This document shows, in pieces, positions 42,268 to 51,487 of a stretch of 64,000 nt of DNA (position 1 is its first letter; each line of letters begins with the position of its first letter). The notes below the pieces were generated by a model. The model searched no databases and was not told the DNA's origin. It worked only from the letters and a program-made list of their open reading frames with translations. Location: the IMG/VR virus record IMGVR_UViG_3300045988_085326, positions 64,001 through 128,000 of that record, one strand, 5' to 3'. Source of the DNA: a virus. The position numbers and the translations under genes were made by a program.

Positions 42268-43443
42268 CTACTTTTTCTTATTTCTACAACATTTACAAAT
42301 ACTGTAGAATCCATCTTTAGAAGTCTTATTTTTACTAAAGAATCTATTATGAGCAAGTTTAACTTCACCGCATCTTGAGCATCTTTTCCATTTGCCGCGT
42401 TCTTGCATAGTATAATACCAAATAAGATAATCTTCTTGTGCTTGTTCAGCTAATAATTTAGGAATCTTATTTCTCCACAAAGAAGAAATATATTCTACTG
42501 AATGTTTAATTCCATGTTTTTTATTTAATAGCTCTTGTATTTCAATATTTTGTTTTCCGTCAATTTTATAAATAAGCAAATCATAATATAATGGATATTT
42601 ATCTTTTAGTGTTCGTTCAATTAAATTATCTAAATCTTCCATTAAATAATATGAATCACTACTAAATTTACCCCATGCATCCTCTTTTAATTTTGAATAA
42701 TTACATAATAATGCAGATATATGTTTTTGGTCAAATAAAGAAACAAGTTCTGTATTTTTTACTTGACCATCTTCTGTTATTGTAATTTTTCCATCTAATT
42801 GTAACTTAAAAAAACTCTTAGTTACATTCATCATATACATAGGTTGTCGATATGCACTTTTCAATACATATTGGTCTTGACGCATTTCGATAAGTTGTTT
42901 TTTTAGTAAAAATTTACGTTTACCAGTTGCCGCCTTAAACTGTTTTTCTACATTATCAATCGCATCACGTAAATCTTTTAAGCCAGGAATTTCTTTAATA
43001 TCTTCTTCAGTAATAGTTACTTTAGGCATAAAAATAATATTTTTATCATTTGCAATCATATTATAGATACCATCTTCACCATTTTCTAATTGCCCAGCTA
43101 ATCCTTGAAATGATGTCTCTCTCCTATTTACAGTTACCATTCTATTGTCAGTTAATATCTTTTTCTTTTTTCTTTCTTCTTTATCCATTGCAAAAATAAT
43201 GTAATCTGATAAAATTGTTAAATATTTATTAGTAAGCTGTTCAGGAGGCGTCTCATCAATAATTTTTTTAACTAATTCATTTCGCTCTTGCGGAGTTTGT
43301 AAAGAATAATCTAATTTACGAGCAGGTTTAATATTTTCTTCTATTAACTGCTCTTCTATATTCTCATTTTCATCTTGGTAGTCTTCTGTATCTGCCTCAT
43401 CTTCTTCCACTAGAGCTACTTCTTTTTCATCTAAATCTGCCAT
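42268..43443 (-). CDS. hypothetical acidic protein with C-terminal CxxC...CxxC, ~391 aa (start at MADLDEK with AAGGAG RBS)
   Basis: First gene of the leftward operon. The longer ORF start at 43485 lacks an RBS; ATG 43443 has one. Confidence 0.45.
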   Translation of the reverse strand: MADLDEKEVALVEEDEADTEDYQDENENIEEQLIEENIKPARKLDYSLQTPQERNELVKKIIDETPPEQLTNKYLTILSDYIIFAMDKEERKKKKILTDNRMVTVNRRETSFQGLAGQLENGEDGIYNMIANDKNIIFMPKVTITEEDIKEIPGLKDLRDAIDNVEKQFKAATGKRKFLLKKQLIEMRQDQYVLKSAYRQPMYMMNVTKSFFKLQLDGKITITEDGQVKNTELVSLFDQKHISALLCNYSKLKEDAWGKFSSDSYYLMEDLDNLIERTLKDKYPLYYDLLIYKIDGKQNIEIQELLNKKHGIKHSVEYISSLWRNKIPKLLAEQAQEDYLIWYYTMQERGKWKRCSRCGEVKLAHNRFFSKNKTSKDGFYSICKCCRNKKK

Positions 43444-43473
43444 AAGAGCGCTCCTTTCTTTTCTTCTAATTAT

Positions 43474-43502
43474 AGTATAGCACAAATTTTTTCTTTTGTC
43501 AA
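43474..43502 (-). promoter_or_regulatory. sigma-A-type promoter for the leftward structural operon
   Basis: Minus strand reads TTGACA-17-TATACT. Confidence 0.6.
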
Positions 43503-43522
43503 CTCGTTTAATGATACTTTAA

Positions 43523-43551
43523 TTGATTTATTTAAAAATAAATGATATAAT
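43523..43551 (+). promoter_or_regulatory. sigma-A-type promoter for the rightward early region
   Basis: TTGATT-17-TATAAT. Divergent partner of the promoter at 43474..43502. Confidence 0.6.
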
Positions 43552-43584
43552 TATTATAAGATAAAAGTAAAGTAGGTGAATAAT

Positions 43585-44136
43585 ATGGTATTAAATGCAT
43601 ACGGTAGCGCGATTTTAAAAAGTGAAATGGATTTTTCTATATGGGCAATGAAAAAAGGAATTAAAAATCCAGTTGAAAAAAGAATAGAAAGTGAAAAAGA
43701 GGGAGAAACTGCTAAATACAATAAACTTATTGAAGAGGGATTTGAAGTTCATGTCAGTCCATTTATACATAGCTTTAATGGAGAACCATCTAAAAAACTC
43801 TACGATTGTATCAAAAGAGAAGGCGGACCTGAAGCAGAAGAAAATTATAAAATAAAAAGATTTTTATATCAATTCATCTATATTGCTAATATTATAGGAA
43901 TTGAATATGCTGAAAAATGGATTAATAGCTATAAAGAAGATAAATATAGACAAGAGGAATATACAAGAATGGTAAAAAATAAACCTAAACTTGCTTATTG
44001 TCATTTAAAAAGTTCTAATGGTCAATGTAGAATTGATTGTCCTTTTTGGAATGGCGGATGTCAGATATCAGTCGCAGAAGAGCAGCAATCCCGCGACCTA
44101 TTAGAAGAATATAAACCACTTGAACGGAGGAGATAA
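43585..44136 (+). CDS. hypothetical Cys-containing early protein, ~183 aa
   Basis: ATG with AGGTGA RBS. CHLKSSNGQCRIDCPFWNGGCQ. Confidence 0.5.
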   Translation: MVLNAYGSAILKSEMDFSIWAMKKGIKNPVEKRIESEKEGETAKYNKLIEEGFEVHVSPFIHSFNGEPSKKLYDCIKREGGPEAEENYKIKRFLYQFIYIANIIGIEYAEKWINSYKEDKYRQEEYTRMVKNKPKLAYCHLKSSNGQCRIDCPFWNGGCQISVAEEQQSRDLLEEYKPLERRR

Positions 44137-44309
44137 AATGGAAGCATTAGGACAAGGTTTGGAGCTCTTGGAGACGCAATAGGTTTTATTGGAGGATGGA
44201 TAGGTTTTGTTTGTATAGCAGGAATTGCGGCAAGCACTTTTCTTGTATATACAGGTAAAGCTACTCTTGAACAATTAAAAGATTTATTTAATAAGGATAG
44301 GAGATATCG

Positions 44310-44756
44310 ATGAAAGTCGCAGTAACAGGACATAGACCTCCAAGATTAAAAGGTAAAGAGCAAATTATAAGTCAGTGGATATATAATAAATTATTGGAAC
44401 TTAACAATAAAGATAAAATAACTGCCGCGTATAATGGAATGGCGGCAGGCGCGGACCAATTATTTGCTTTACAATGTATTAAATTAGGAATCCCAGTTTA
44501 TTGTGTTTTTCCTTATAATAGAAAAAAATATCACCCAGATGAACTTTATATTGTTGAGCGGGCAGCTGGCTCGATAGCGCTTCAGGACGAGTATTCCCGC
44601 GATTCTTATTATAAAAGAGATTGCTTTATGGTAGATAATTGTGATATTTTGATTGCAATATGGGATGGTATTCCACAAGGTGGTACTTATATCACTATTG
44701 ATTATGCAAGAAAACAAGGTAAACCAATTATTTATTTACCGCAAGGAATATTATGA
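44310..44756 (+). CDS. YpsA/DUF1273-family (SLOG superfamily) protein
   Basis: MKVAVTGHRP N-terminus, GMAAGADQ and C-terminal DILIAIWDG...GGT motifs parallel B. subtilis YpsA/YoqJ. AGGAG RBS. Confidence 0.65.
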   Translation: MKVAVTGHRPPRLKGKEQIISQWIYNKLLELNNKDKITAAYNGMAAGADQLFALQCIKLGIPVYCVFPYNRKKYHPDELYIVERAAGSIALQDEYSRDSYYKRDCFMVDNCDILIAIWDGIPQGGTYITIDYARKQGKPIIYLPQGIL

Positions 44757-45088
44757 ACAAAATTGTAATAATATGGTCTGGGGATGAAGAATTATTATCT
44801 AAAACTATGGAAAAATTAATAGTAGATAGCCAATGTTTTCTTTTTACTGTGATATGCGGCGGCACCGATGAAAGTAACCTTAAGTCTAGTTCAGGATATC
44901 GTTGGGCAATCCGCAATGGTGCTCCAGTGGAATTTATGATAGAAGCGGATGTGGAGAAACTATTAAATAAAATTGCCCAAACCGCGGACTATATTGTTTG
45001 TTATAACAATGGAAATCAATTAGTAAAAAGATTGATAATGAAGTTTAAGTCGCAAGGAAAGCATGGAACAGTGATTATAGGAGAATAA
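44753..45088 (+). CDS. hypothetical Rossmann-like protein, 111 aa (possibly second SLOG-like domain)
   Basis: Start overlaps upstream stop (ATGA). beta-alpha pattern IVIIWSGD...VICGG...DYIVCY. Confidence 0.4.
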   Translation: MNKIVIIWSGDEELLSKTMEKLIVDSQCFLFTVICGGTDESNLKSSSGYRWAIRNGAPVEFMIEADVEKLLNKIAQTADYIVCYNNGNQLVKRLIMKFKSQGKHGTVIIGE

Positions 45089-45089
45089 A

Positions 45090-45518
45090 ATGGTATATAC
45101 AAGTTATTTTGGAAAAATGAAGTCATTCCCGCCTAATATGATACCTATAGCGATATGTGGCGGAATCCCCGATTGGTATAAAAAGGGAATGATAGATAAG
45201 AGATGGCTATGGTATAAAAAGTTAGCTCCTAAATGGGAGTTTTTTCAAGTTTGGAAGCAAACGCATGATAATGATTATTATATTCGCAACTATAATACAT
45301 TAGTGTTAGATAAATTAGATGTGAATCGCATTGCCGCAGACATTCAACTTATGCTTCCTCTTGAAATAAGAGAGCAAATGACAAGTAGTATATGGTGTAG
45401 TGATAATATTCACGTTGCGCTTTTATGTTATGAAAAGCCAAATGATTTTTGTCATAGACATTTAGTTTCTAAATGGTTTAATGAACATGGATATAAATGT
45501 GAGGAATGGAAAGTATGA
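45090..45518 (+). CDS. DUF488-family protein (YeaO-like)
   Basis: MVYTSYFGK N-terminus and conserved C-terminal ALLCYEKPNDFCHRHLV (DUF488 LLC.E....CHR signature). Confidence 0.55.
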   Translation: MVYTSYFGKMKSFPPNMIPIAICGGIPDWYKKGMIDKRWLWYKKLAPKWEFFQVWKQTHDNDYYIRNYNTLVLDKLDVNRIAADIQLMLPLEIREQMTSSIWCSDNIHVALLCYEKPNDFCHRHLVSKWFNEHGYKCEEWKV

Positions 45519-45697
45519 AAAATAAAGTATTAGTAATAAGTGCAGAAAATTATTGTCGAGAAATAGAAGACAAAATTAATGAAGAATTAGAAAAAGGTTG
45601 GTTAATTGAACTTTTTTATGAAGCACGTGGAGATAATGGGAATAAAATAATTGTTACCTTATATAAGGAAGAAGAGAATGCGGAAGGCGACGTATAA
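45506..45697 (+). CDS. small hypothetical protein, 63 aa
   Basis: Translationally coupled ORF. Confidence 0.4.
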   Translation: MESMKNKVLVISAENYCREIEDKINEELEKGWLIELFYEARGDNGNKIIVTLYKEEENAEGDV

Positions 45698-45857
45698 AGG
45701 TGGAAACTTTCCTATTGTTCCTGGAACGGTATGTGATGTAAGATTAATTTGGGATAATGATTGCGAATATGTTTATGTATATGTATGGACATTAAGCGGA
45801 AGTATGAAGTGTGCTTATGATGGAAGAACAGAAATGGAGAAGGAGTGGCAGTTATGA
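45651..45857 (+). CDS. small hypothetical protein, 68 aa
   Basis: Translationally coupled ORF. Confidence 0.4.
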   Translation: MLPYIRKKRMRKATYKGGNFPIVPGTVCDVRLIWDNDCEYVYVYVWTLSGSMKCAYDGRTEMEKEWQL

Positions 45858-46063
45858 TAGCTAAATTTATTGGGCAAGATGGAAGTCTGGGATTTAGAAC
45901 TGGAAGAAAATATATTATAAATATAGAAAGGGATAATAATAATAATTGGATTTGGGTAAAAGAATTATTTGGAAGAAGTTGTCCATATCAAAGTATGAAT
46001 ACTTTAAAAAAGAATTGGGATATTCCTTCAAATAAATTTCATCCTGCAAGACAGTATAGATAG
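45845..46063 (+). CDS. small hypothetical protein, 72 aa
   Basis: Last gene of the coupled operon. Terminator ATACCCCGGGGTAT+T-run at ~46156..46176. Confidence 0.4.
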   Translation: MAVMIAKFIGQDGSLGFRTGRKYIINIERDNNNNWIWVKELFGRSCPYQSMNTLKKNWDIPSNKFHPARQYR

Positions 46064-46311
46064 CTATTCGTTTTTAGATTTTCAAAATGCATTTGGAGAT
46101 TTTTTGGACGAGGCCAAATCATTTTCACAAAGTCAAAAAATTTTTTTCCCGAAATATACCCCGGGGTATTTTTTCTAGTACGTCAGATTCTTGTAGACTT
46201 CTTTCAAGAGCAAGATAAATAGACAGCCCCACATAATAAAGAACTGCGGGAAGTCGTTTAATGAGCATAAGGTTTAGCTATCTTATGCTAACACGCTTAC
46301 TCATAAGAATA

Positions 46312-46378
46312 AACACATTAATGTAATTTAATAATAGATAATTTATTTTATTGTAATTGTAAATTACATTAATGTGTT
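46312..46378. repeat. perfect 19-bp inverted repeat AACACATTAATGTAATTTA...TAAATTACATTAATGTGTT around a 29-nt AT loop; each arm contains the sub-palindrome ACATTAATGT
   Basis: Seen directly. Located in the 490-bp non-coding gap before the first promoter cassette, immediately upstream of the GC hairpin at 46383. Confidence 0.7.
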
Positions 46379-46553
46379 CGCTGGCTCGCGTGCGGTCATG
46401 GCGAGCCGCGATTCTTGTCAAGTAGTAATGTTGTACAATTTTTTTGCCAAATGTTTGTGCATTATTATAATAGATTCTATCCCGAAATGACTTGACACGT
46501 AGAGTGTTATGTGATATAGCATAATTACAGAAAGGGAAAGAGAGGTAACAAGC

Positions 46554-46700
46554 ATGATTACAAAGAAATTTGATTACAAAGGACAGATGATTAACTATTT
46601 CAATAAAGTAAGAAAGAATCCAAATATTAGTGCATGTTATTGTAGTTTCTCTTGTGTTCATGGGTGCTATGTAGTAGAGTACTGTTACAAAGAAAGATAA
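46554..46700 (+). CDS. small Cys-rich protein, 48 aa (not in ORF track)
   Basis: Promoter plus canonical leader GGGAAAGAGAGGTAACAAGCATG. CYCSFSCVHGCYVVEYC. Confidence 0.45.
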   Translation: MITKKFDYKGQMINYFNKVRKNPNISACYCSFSCVHGCYVVEYCYKER

Positions 46701-46804
46701 TCTTTCAACAAAAAAGTCTAATAAAACGCTTGACACACAAAGATATTCATGCTATAATAAATACATAAAGAACAAAGAAAACAACACAAAGAGAGGTTGA
46801 TAAT

Positions 46805-47125
46805 ATGATTAAAGAGTATCAAGTAACACTTATTTGTGAGACAGGACAATACAGACCAGTAAGCGCCATTATTAAGGCAGATGATAAGACTGCGGAAGTC
46901 ATCGGTATTGATGCTTTCAAGCAACAAATCCGCACACAAGGTATTACAAAAATATGCCAAAAAAGGTATTGGGGTAGTTCAGATTTAAAGAGGTATCATT
47001 ATACAAAAGTAAAAATGAGAGAGTATGACAAAGAAAAAATCGAAAAAGAAAATGCAGAACGCTATGAGAAAATAAAGCGGGAACGCGGTTGGATTACCAC
47101 AGACATAGACAAGGGAGAACAATAG
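46805..47125 (+). CDS. hypothetical early protein, 106 aa
   Basis: Promoter TTGACA-17-TATAAT at ~46730 and RBS AAGAGAGG. Confidence 0.55.
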   Translation: MIKEYQVTLICETGQYRPVSAIIKADDKTAEVIGIDAFKQQIRTQGITKICQKRYWGSSDLKRYHYTKVKMREYDKEKIEKENAERYEKIKRERGWITTDIDKGEQ

Positions 47126-47226
47126 TTCTCTCTTTTTTGTCCCTTGTTGATAACGTTAAAAAATTATGGTATAATAATAATGTAAAGAAAAATAAAGACA
47201 ATAGAATAAAGAAAGGAGCAGAACCA

Positions 47227-47328
47227 ATGAAGCTTAGTTTAGACGAACTAACTGCTTTAAAGCTTGTACTTGAGTTCGTATCTGTTAAAGACTTGCTTAT
47301 ATCAGCAATAAATAACTTTGCAGAGTAA
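47227..47328 (+). CDS. small hypothetical protein, 33 aa
   Basis: Promoter TTGATA-17-TATAAT at ~47147 and RBS AAAGGAGCAG. The N-terminal 46 codons of the track ORF lack an RBS. Confidence 0.3.
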   Translation: MKLSLDELTALKLVLEFVSVKDLLISAINNFAE

Positions 47329-47549
47329 GAAGATATTCACTCTAAAGATAATGCAGACTTGTGCTTTAAAGCTATTACTTCATTTCTGAAATAATTTATT
47401 TCGGAGACCGTACACGTTCAAGGTGCGGTCGGTTCACTCCATAGTGGTATACAGCCAGATATTTTTTGCCAAAAAGTCTGGCTTTTCGCTTGACAAAGTT
47501 ATCCTGAAATGCTATAATAAATGTATCAAAGGAAAGAGAGGTAAATACA

Positions 47550-47669
47550 ATGTCATTGATGTATACAAACAAGGAAGCGTTTGAGAGAGTAAAAAGATTC
47601 TTAGAAGTTAATCAGTACTCATTTGAGTTTTCCATTTCAAATGGACAATTTTATATAAAAATTACTTAA
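47550..47669 (+). CDS. small hypothetical protein, 39 aa (not in ORF track)
   Basis: Promoter at ~47489 and leader AAAGGAAAGAGAGGTAAATACAATG. Confidence 0.4.
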   Translation: MSLMYTNKEAFERVKRFLEVNQYSFEFSISNGQFYIKIT

Positions 47670-47675
47670 TAAGGG

Positions 47676-47704
47676 TTGACAAACTACAAAGAACGTGTTA
47701 TACT
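47676..47704 (+). promoter_or_regulatory. early sigma-A-type promoter
   Basis: TTGACA-17-TATACT. The ORF-track TTG start is actually the -35 element. Confidence 0.65.
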
Positions 47705-47735
47705 TAATGTATCAAATGAAAGAGAGGTAAGTAAA

Positions 47736-47906
47736 ATGAATGAGAAGTTTAAAGGTATGATAGATGACATAATAAGAAAGTTTGGTTTTGAGGATATTCA
47801 CACTATTATCTTCTGCGGAATGTGTGAGAGAGCAGATGTTCCTCTCAATTCAATTTATGAAACCTATGATGAATACATGAGTTTAGATATAATGCTCGAT
47901 GAATAA
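47736..47906 (+). CDS. small hypothetical protein, 56 aa
   Basis: ATG after AGAGAGG RBS. Rho-independent terminator at 47893..47919. Confidence 0.5.
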   Translation: MNEKFKGMIDDIIRKFGFEDIHTIIFCGMCERADVPLNSIYETYDEYMSLDIMLDE

Positions 47907-48055
47907 TCGAGCATTTTTTACGTCGCGGCGCGTACGACCCTTGCGCGCCGAATTTGCGCATTATTATATTGTACCACATTTTTCGCTCGCTGTCAATAGA
48001 CAAATTGCACAAAGATTGAATCCCGAAATTGTGCAATATTTTTTTAAAAAAAGTA

Positions 48056-48084
48056 TTGACGTACTCGTACTCACGTGCTATAAT
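48056..48084 (+). promoter_or_regulatory. early sigma-A-type promoter with upstream A-tract
   Basis: AAAAAAAGTATTGACG-17-TATAAT. Confidence 0.65.
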
Positions 48085-48118
48085 GTATTTACAAGGTAAG
48101 GAAAGAGAGGAAAACAAA

Positions 48119-48574
48119 ATGACAAAGGAAACAATGATTAGAAATTATAGAAAATTCAGTGCGGCTGATAGTTATATATTAGGCTTTATTTATAACCATG
48201 AGGTTTATGCGGTAGAGGTTGCGGAGATAATGCCTAGATACATGAGAGTAGAACACGAAAGCAGTAAAAAAGGCGGTTGTGCAAAATTACAGTTGAGATT
48301 GCCGAAAAATTATCAAGAACAGTTAATTAGAAAAGGTGCGGTTGTTATCGGTTCAGAAAATATCTTAAATGGAGAATATAATAAAGGCGTTGAGTTTGAA
48401 AGAGTTATTTCTGAAATGAATGGAATAGCATTTAGAGGTAAAGACAACGAGCCATTTTATAAAGCAGGCGACTTAAATATAAATGGTAAAGAAATACAAA
48501 TAAAATTTAATGGTGCTCAAATTGTAGTAGAAAGAACCTTAAAAAAATTACAAAAAATGCAAAAAAATGCTTGA
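48119..48574 (+). CDS. hypothetical early protein, 151 aa
   Basis: ATG following leader AAGGAAAGAGAGGAAAACAAAATG. Confidence 0.55.
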   Translation: MTKETMIRNYRKFSAADSYILGFIYNHEVYAVEVAEIMPRYMRVEHESSKKGGCAKLQLRLPKNYQEQLIRKGAVVIGSENILNGEYNKGVEFERVISEMNGIAFRGKDNEPFYKAGDLNINGKEIQIKFNGAQIVVERTLKKLQKMQKNA

Positions 48575-48634
48575 CAAACTGATTACCGTATGGTATTATA
48601 ATTATAGAAAGAGAGAGAAAGAGAGGTATTCAAA

Positions 48635-49114
48635 ATGAGAAAAACATTAGTATTCGATATGGACGGAACAATCGCAGACCTTTATGGAGTGAATGGTTGG
48701 TTAGAAAATCTTAGAGAAGAAAACGCAAGACCTTATATAGAGGCAAAACCGCTGTATGATATGGATGTTCTTGCAAGTATCTTAGGACTTTTAAGATTGA
48801 ATGGTTGGACAATAGCAATCACAAGCTGGCTTTCAAAAGAAAGCACAAAAGCCTATGATAAAAAAGTAAGAGAAGCCAAAAAAGAATGGCTTGCAAAATA
48901 TAACTTCCCTTATGATGAAATCCATCTTGTAAAGTATGGCACAACAAAAGCCAACTGCACTAGAAAAAATGGTGGTTTCCAGATTTTAGTAGATGATAAT
49001 GAGGAAGTTCGCAAGAGTTGGCACTTAGGCGATACAATCAACGCAAACGAAAACATCATTGAAAAACTGGTTGACTTACTGGTTGCGGAGTTTATTCATA
49101 CTCCGCAACTTTAA
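48635..49114 (+). CDS. HAD-superfamily 5'(3')-deoxyribonucleotidase-like protein
   Basis: HAD motif I LVFDMDGTIAD at the N-terminus and ILVDDN (motif IV). Size and architecture of the NT5C family. Confidence 0.55.
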   Translation: MRKTLVFDMDGTIADLYGVNGWLENLREENARPYIEAKPLYDMDVLASILGLLRLNGWTIAITSWLSKESTKAYDKKVREAKKEWLAKYNFPYDEIHLVKYGTTKANCTRKNGGFQILVDDNEEVRKSWHLGDTINANENIIEKLVDLLVAEFIHTPQL

Positions 49115-49133
49115 AAATTTTTCAAAAAAAGTA

Positions 49134-49162
49134 TTGACAACGTGCAAATAATTTGTTATACT
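49134..49162 (+). promoter_or_regulatory. early sigma-A-type promoter
   Basis: AAAAAAAGTATTGACA-17-TATACT. Confidence 0.6.
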
Positions 49163-49193
49163 TAATGTATCAAATGAAAGAGAGGAAAACAAT

Positions 49194-49346
49194 ATGACGA
49201 TTGAAAGAAGCAATGATACAAATTATCCTTACACAATAAAAGGCGGTTGGGGAGATAAAGTTTATTGTTCTCTTGATAGTTTAAAAGAATTAAAAAGAGA
49301 AATCAATAAAATTTTAAAAGAGGAAAAAGCTAAAAATCAGAAATGA
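49194..49346 (+). CDS. small hypothetical protein, 50 aa (not in ORF track)
   Basis: Leader AAAGAGAGGAAAACAATATG. Terminator 49326..49363. Confidence 0.45.
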   Translation: MTIERSNDTNYPYTIKGGWGDKVYCSLDSLKELKREINKILKEEKAKNQK

Positions 49347-49806
49347 TTTTTAGCTTTTTTATTGTGTGCGGGCCGCGCACGTTTCTCGCGCGGCCGAAAT
49401 TTCATTATACCATAGTCCTTGAGGTTTTGTCAAGCGTTTTCCTCATAAATACTACACAAAAAGAACTCCCGAAATTTGGTCATTATTACCTATTGATTTT
49501 TAATAAAAATTTTGCTATAATATAGAAGGTAAGGGAAAGAGAAAGCAACAAAAAAGAAATTAAAAAAAGTTGAAAAATCTCTTGACAAACCGCGACACAA
49601 GTGCTATAATAAAGATACAAGATAGGAAAGGGTGTCGGACTTCTACCAAAGTACAGGTAGTGAATTTCTTGAAAAAGAGGTTGATTGCTTAGGAAAAGAA
49701 GTTCAGCTCTTTGAAAACAAAATCCTAAAAAATCTTGAAAAAGTGCTTGACAAGTCACTGTAAACATGGTATAATAAACTTATCAAATGAAAGAGAGGTA
49801 GTAAGT

Positions 49807-49959
49807 ATGAGTAAGAAAGAGTTCCTTAAGAAGTGGAGAAATGATAGAGATTTCCGCTATGACATGAGAAGAAAGGGCATTAAGGTTATTCAGGATAATG
49901 TAATTTTCTTCAACCCTGATGGCTCTGTTCGGGCGATGGCTGGTGCTTACATTCAGTAA
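49807..49959 (+). CDS. small basic protein, 50 aa
   Basis: Promoter at ~49751 and leader AGAGAGGTAGTAAGTATG. Confidence 0.45.
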   Translation: MSKKEFLKKWRNDRDFRYDMRRKGIKVIQDNVIFFNPDGSVRAMAGAYIQ

Positions 49960-50064
49960 GCACCGCAAGAAAAAAAAATAAAAAAACTATTGACAACTAA
50001 ATAAAGAAATGTTATAATAAAGATGTAAAGAAAACAAATAAAAAAAAGAAAGAGGTAATGAATT

Positions 50065-50433
50065 ATGGAAAAGAAAATGACTAAGAAAGAGTGGTTCGCA
50101 GTATTAGCAAGTGTGGTTGAGGCTTCTGAAATGGAGAATAAGACCGAGGCTCTGGCTTTCATCAATCACGAGGTTGAACTGTTAGAGAAGAAGTCCGCAA
50201 AGAGCGGTCAGACCAAGACACAGAAAGAGAATGTCGGCATTATGGAGGAAATCAAGTCCGCACTTGGCGAGGTTGGTAAGGCTGTTACCATTACAGAGTT
50301 GCAGGCGGCTTCCGCTGAAATGGCTGAATATAGCAATCAGAAATTATCCGCTTTGCTGAAAAAGTTGGTTGAGAGTGGCGAGGTTGTAAAGACCACCGAG
50401 AAAAAGAAATCTTACTTCTCCCTTGCGGAGTAG
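50065..50433 (+). CDS. paralog family A member 1: 122-aa protein with C-terminal winged-helix-like segment
   Basis: Promoter at ~49985. 70% identity with 53053..53439, ~50% with 55397..55762. Conserved AKSGQTKTQKEN and SNQKLSAL...TTEKKKSYF. Confidence 0.6.
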   Translation: MEKKMTKKEWFAVLASVVEASEMENKTEALAFINHEVELLEKKSAKSGQTKTQKENVGIMEEIKSALGEVGKAVTITELQAASAEMAEYSNQKLSALLKKLVESGEVVKTTEKKKSYFSLAE

Positions 50434-50634
50434 TAAGCAACCGAAAGGGCAAGACAGAAATGTCTTGTCCTTTTTTGATTTGGCGGCGCGCGGACAATCG
50501 CCCCGCGCCGATTTGCGTGTCAAGTAGTATATTGCATAAAAATTTTGTGCGATTTTTGTGCATTTTGCCTATTGTATTTATCCCGAAATGCTGTTATAAT
50601 GTATTTACAAGGTAAGGAAAGAGAGGTAAACAAA

Positions 50635-51111
50635 ATGACAAACTTATTATTTTTATTTATCATAATGAACGCACTTAATGTAGTAATGCAGACTATTAAA
50701 AGTCTTTGCACTGTAAACTCTGGTAAAACAGTTGCGGCTATTGTAAACGCGGTAGCTTATGGTTTTTATACAGTAATTGTAGTTTACATGAGTTGTGACC
50801 TTCCGCTTTGGGAAAAATCTTTGATTATCGGTCTTTGTAATCTTGTTGGTGTTTACATTGTAAAACTTTTTGAGGAAAAGAACCGCAAAGATAAATTGTG
50901 GAAAGTAGAATTGACAGTTAGAGCAGAAAGAACAGATGTTCTTGCTCGACAGTTAGAGGAACTTGTAATTCCGCATAACTACATTACAAATGTTGGCAAA
51001 TGGACTGTATTTAATATCTATTGTAATACACAAAAGGAAAGTGCTTTTGTTAAGGATTTAGCAATTAAGCACAAAGCAAAATTCTTTGTATCTGAAAGCA
51101 AGCGGTTATAA
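50635..51111 (+). CDS. membrane protein, 158 aa, two N-terminal TM helices plus soluble C-terminal domain
   Basis: ATG after canonical leader. Hydrophobic LLFLFIIMNALNVV and AYGFYTVIVVYM segments. Confidence 0.5.
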   Translation: MTNLLFLFIIMNALNVVMQTIKSLCTVNSGKTVAAIVNAVAYGFYTVIVVYMSCDLPLWEKSLIIGLCNLVGVYIVKLFEEKNRKDKLWKVELTVRAERTDVLARQLEELVIPHNYITNVGKWTVFNIYCNTQKESAFVKDLAIKHKAKFFVSESKRL

Positions 51112-51209
51112 TTACCGCTTGCACGGATAAAAAATTTTAAAAAAGTATTGACAAATAAAAAAGAAAATGATATAATAATTATAGAAAGAAAGAAAGAGAG
51201 GAAAACAAT

Positions 51210-51407
51210 ATGAGAAAATTAGTTTATGTAGTAGGCGGTCAGGAAATTACATCTTACGAAAAGGCTAGAGAAATTCAGCCGAGCGGTCAGCTTCAGATAA
51301 AACTTGATGAAATTCGAGAAGAAGCTAAGGTTAATCCCGAAACGCTGGCAAAGAGACAGGCTTACTTTGCAAGGCGTAGAGCTGAAAAGGCGGTGGCTTC
51401 CAATTAA
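51210..51407 (+). CDS. small hypothetical protein, 65 aa
   Basis: Promoter at ~51150 and RBS AGAGAGG. Confidence 0.5.
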   Translation: MRKLVYVVGGQEITSYEKAREIQPSGQLQIKLDEIREEAKVNPETLAKRQAYFARRRAEKAVASN

Positions 51408-51487
51408 GGAAGCTACCAAATAGGGCTTGACAAATAATCAAAAAAATGGTATTATAATCATAGAAAAAGAAAAGAGAGGTGCTTACT

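Noticed and set aside
44138-44310. Possible small hydrophobic (holin-like) peptide GFIGGWIGFVCIAGIAASTFLVYTG in the gap 44138..44310
   Set aside because: The hydrophobic frame has no ATG/GTG/TTG start downstream of the in-frame TGA at 44123. Only a 15-codon ATG ORF (44140..) exists in another frame. It could be a frameshifted remnant, but it cannot be supported as a gene.
49590-49750. Transcribed but ORF-less segment between stacked promoters 49590 and 49751 considered as a small RNA gene
   Set aside because: There are no convincing stems or terminator of its own. It contains repeated CTTGAAAAAG/CTTGACAA promoter-like fragments, so it is more likely degenerate duplicated promoter material. 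Left as unexplained rather than called.
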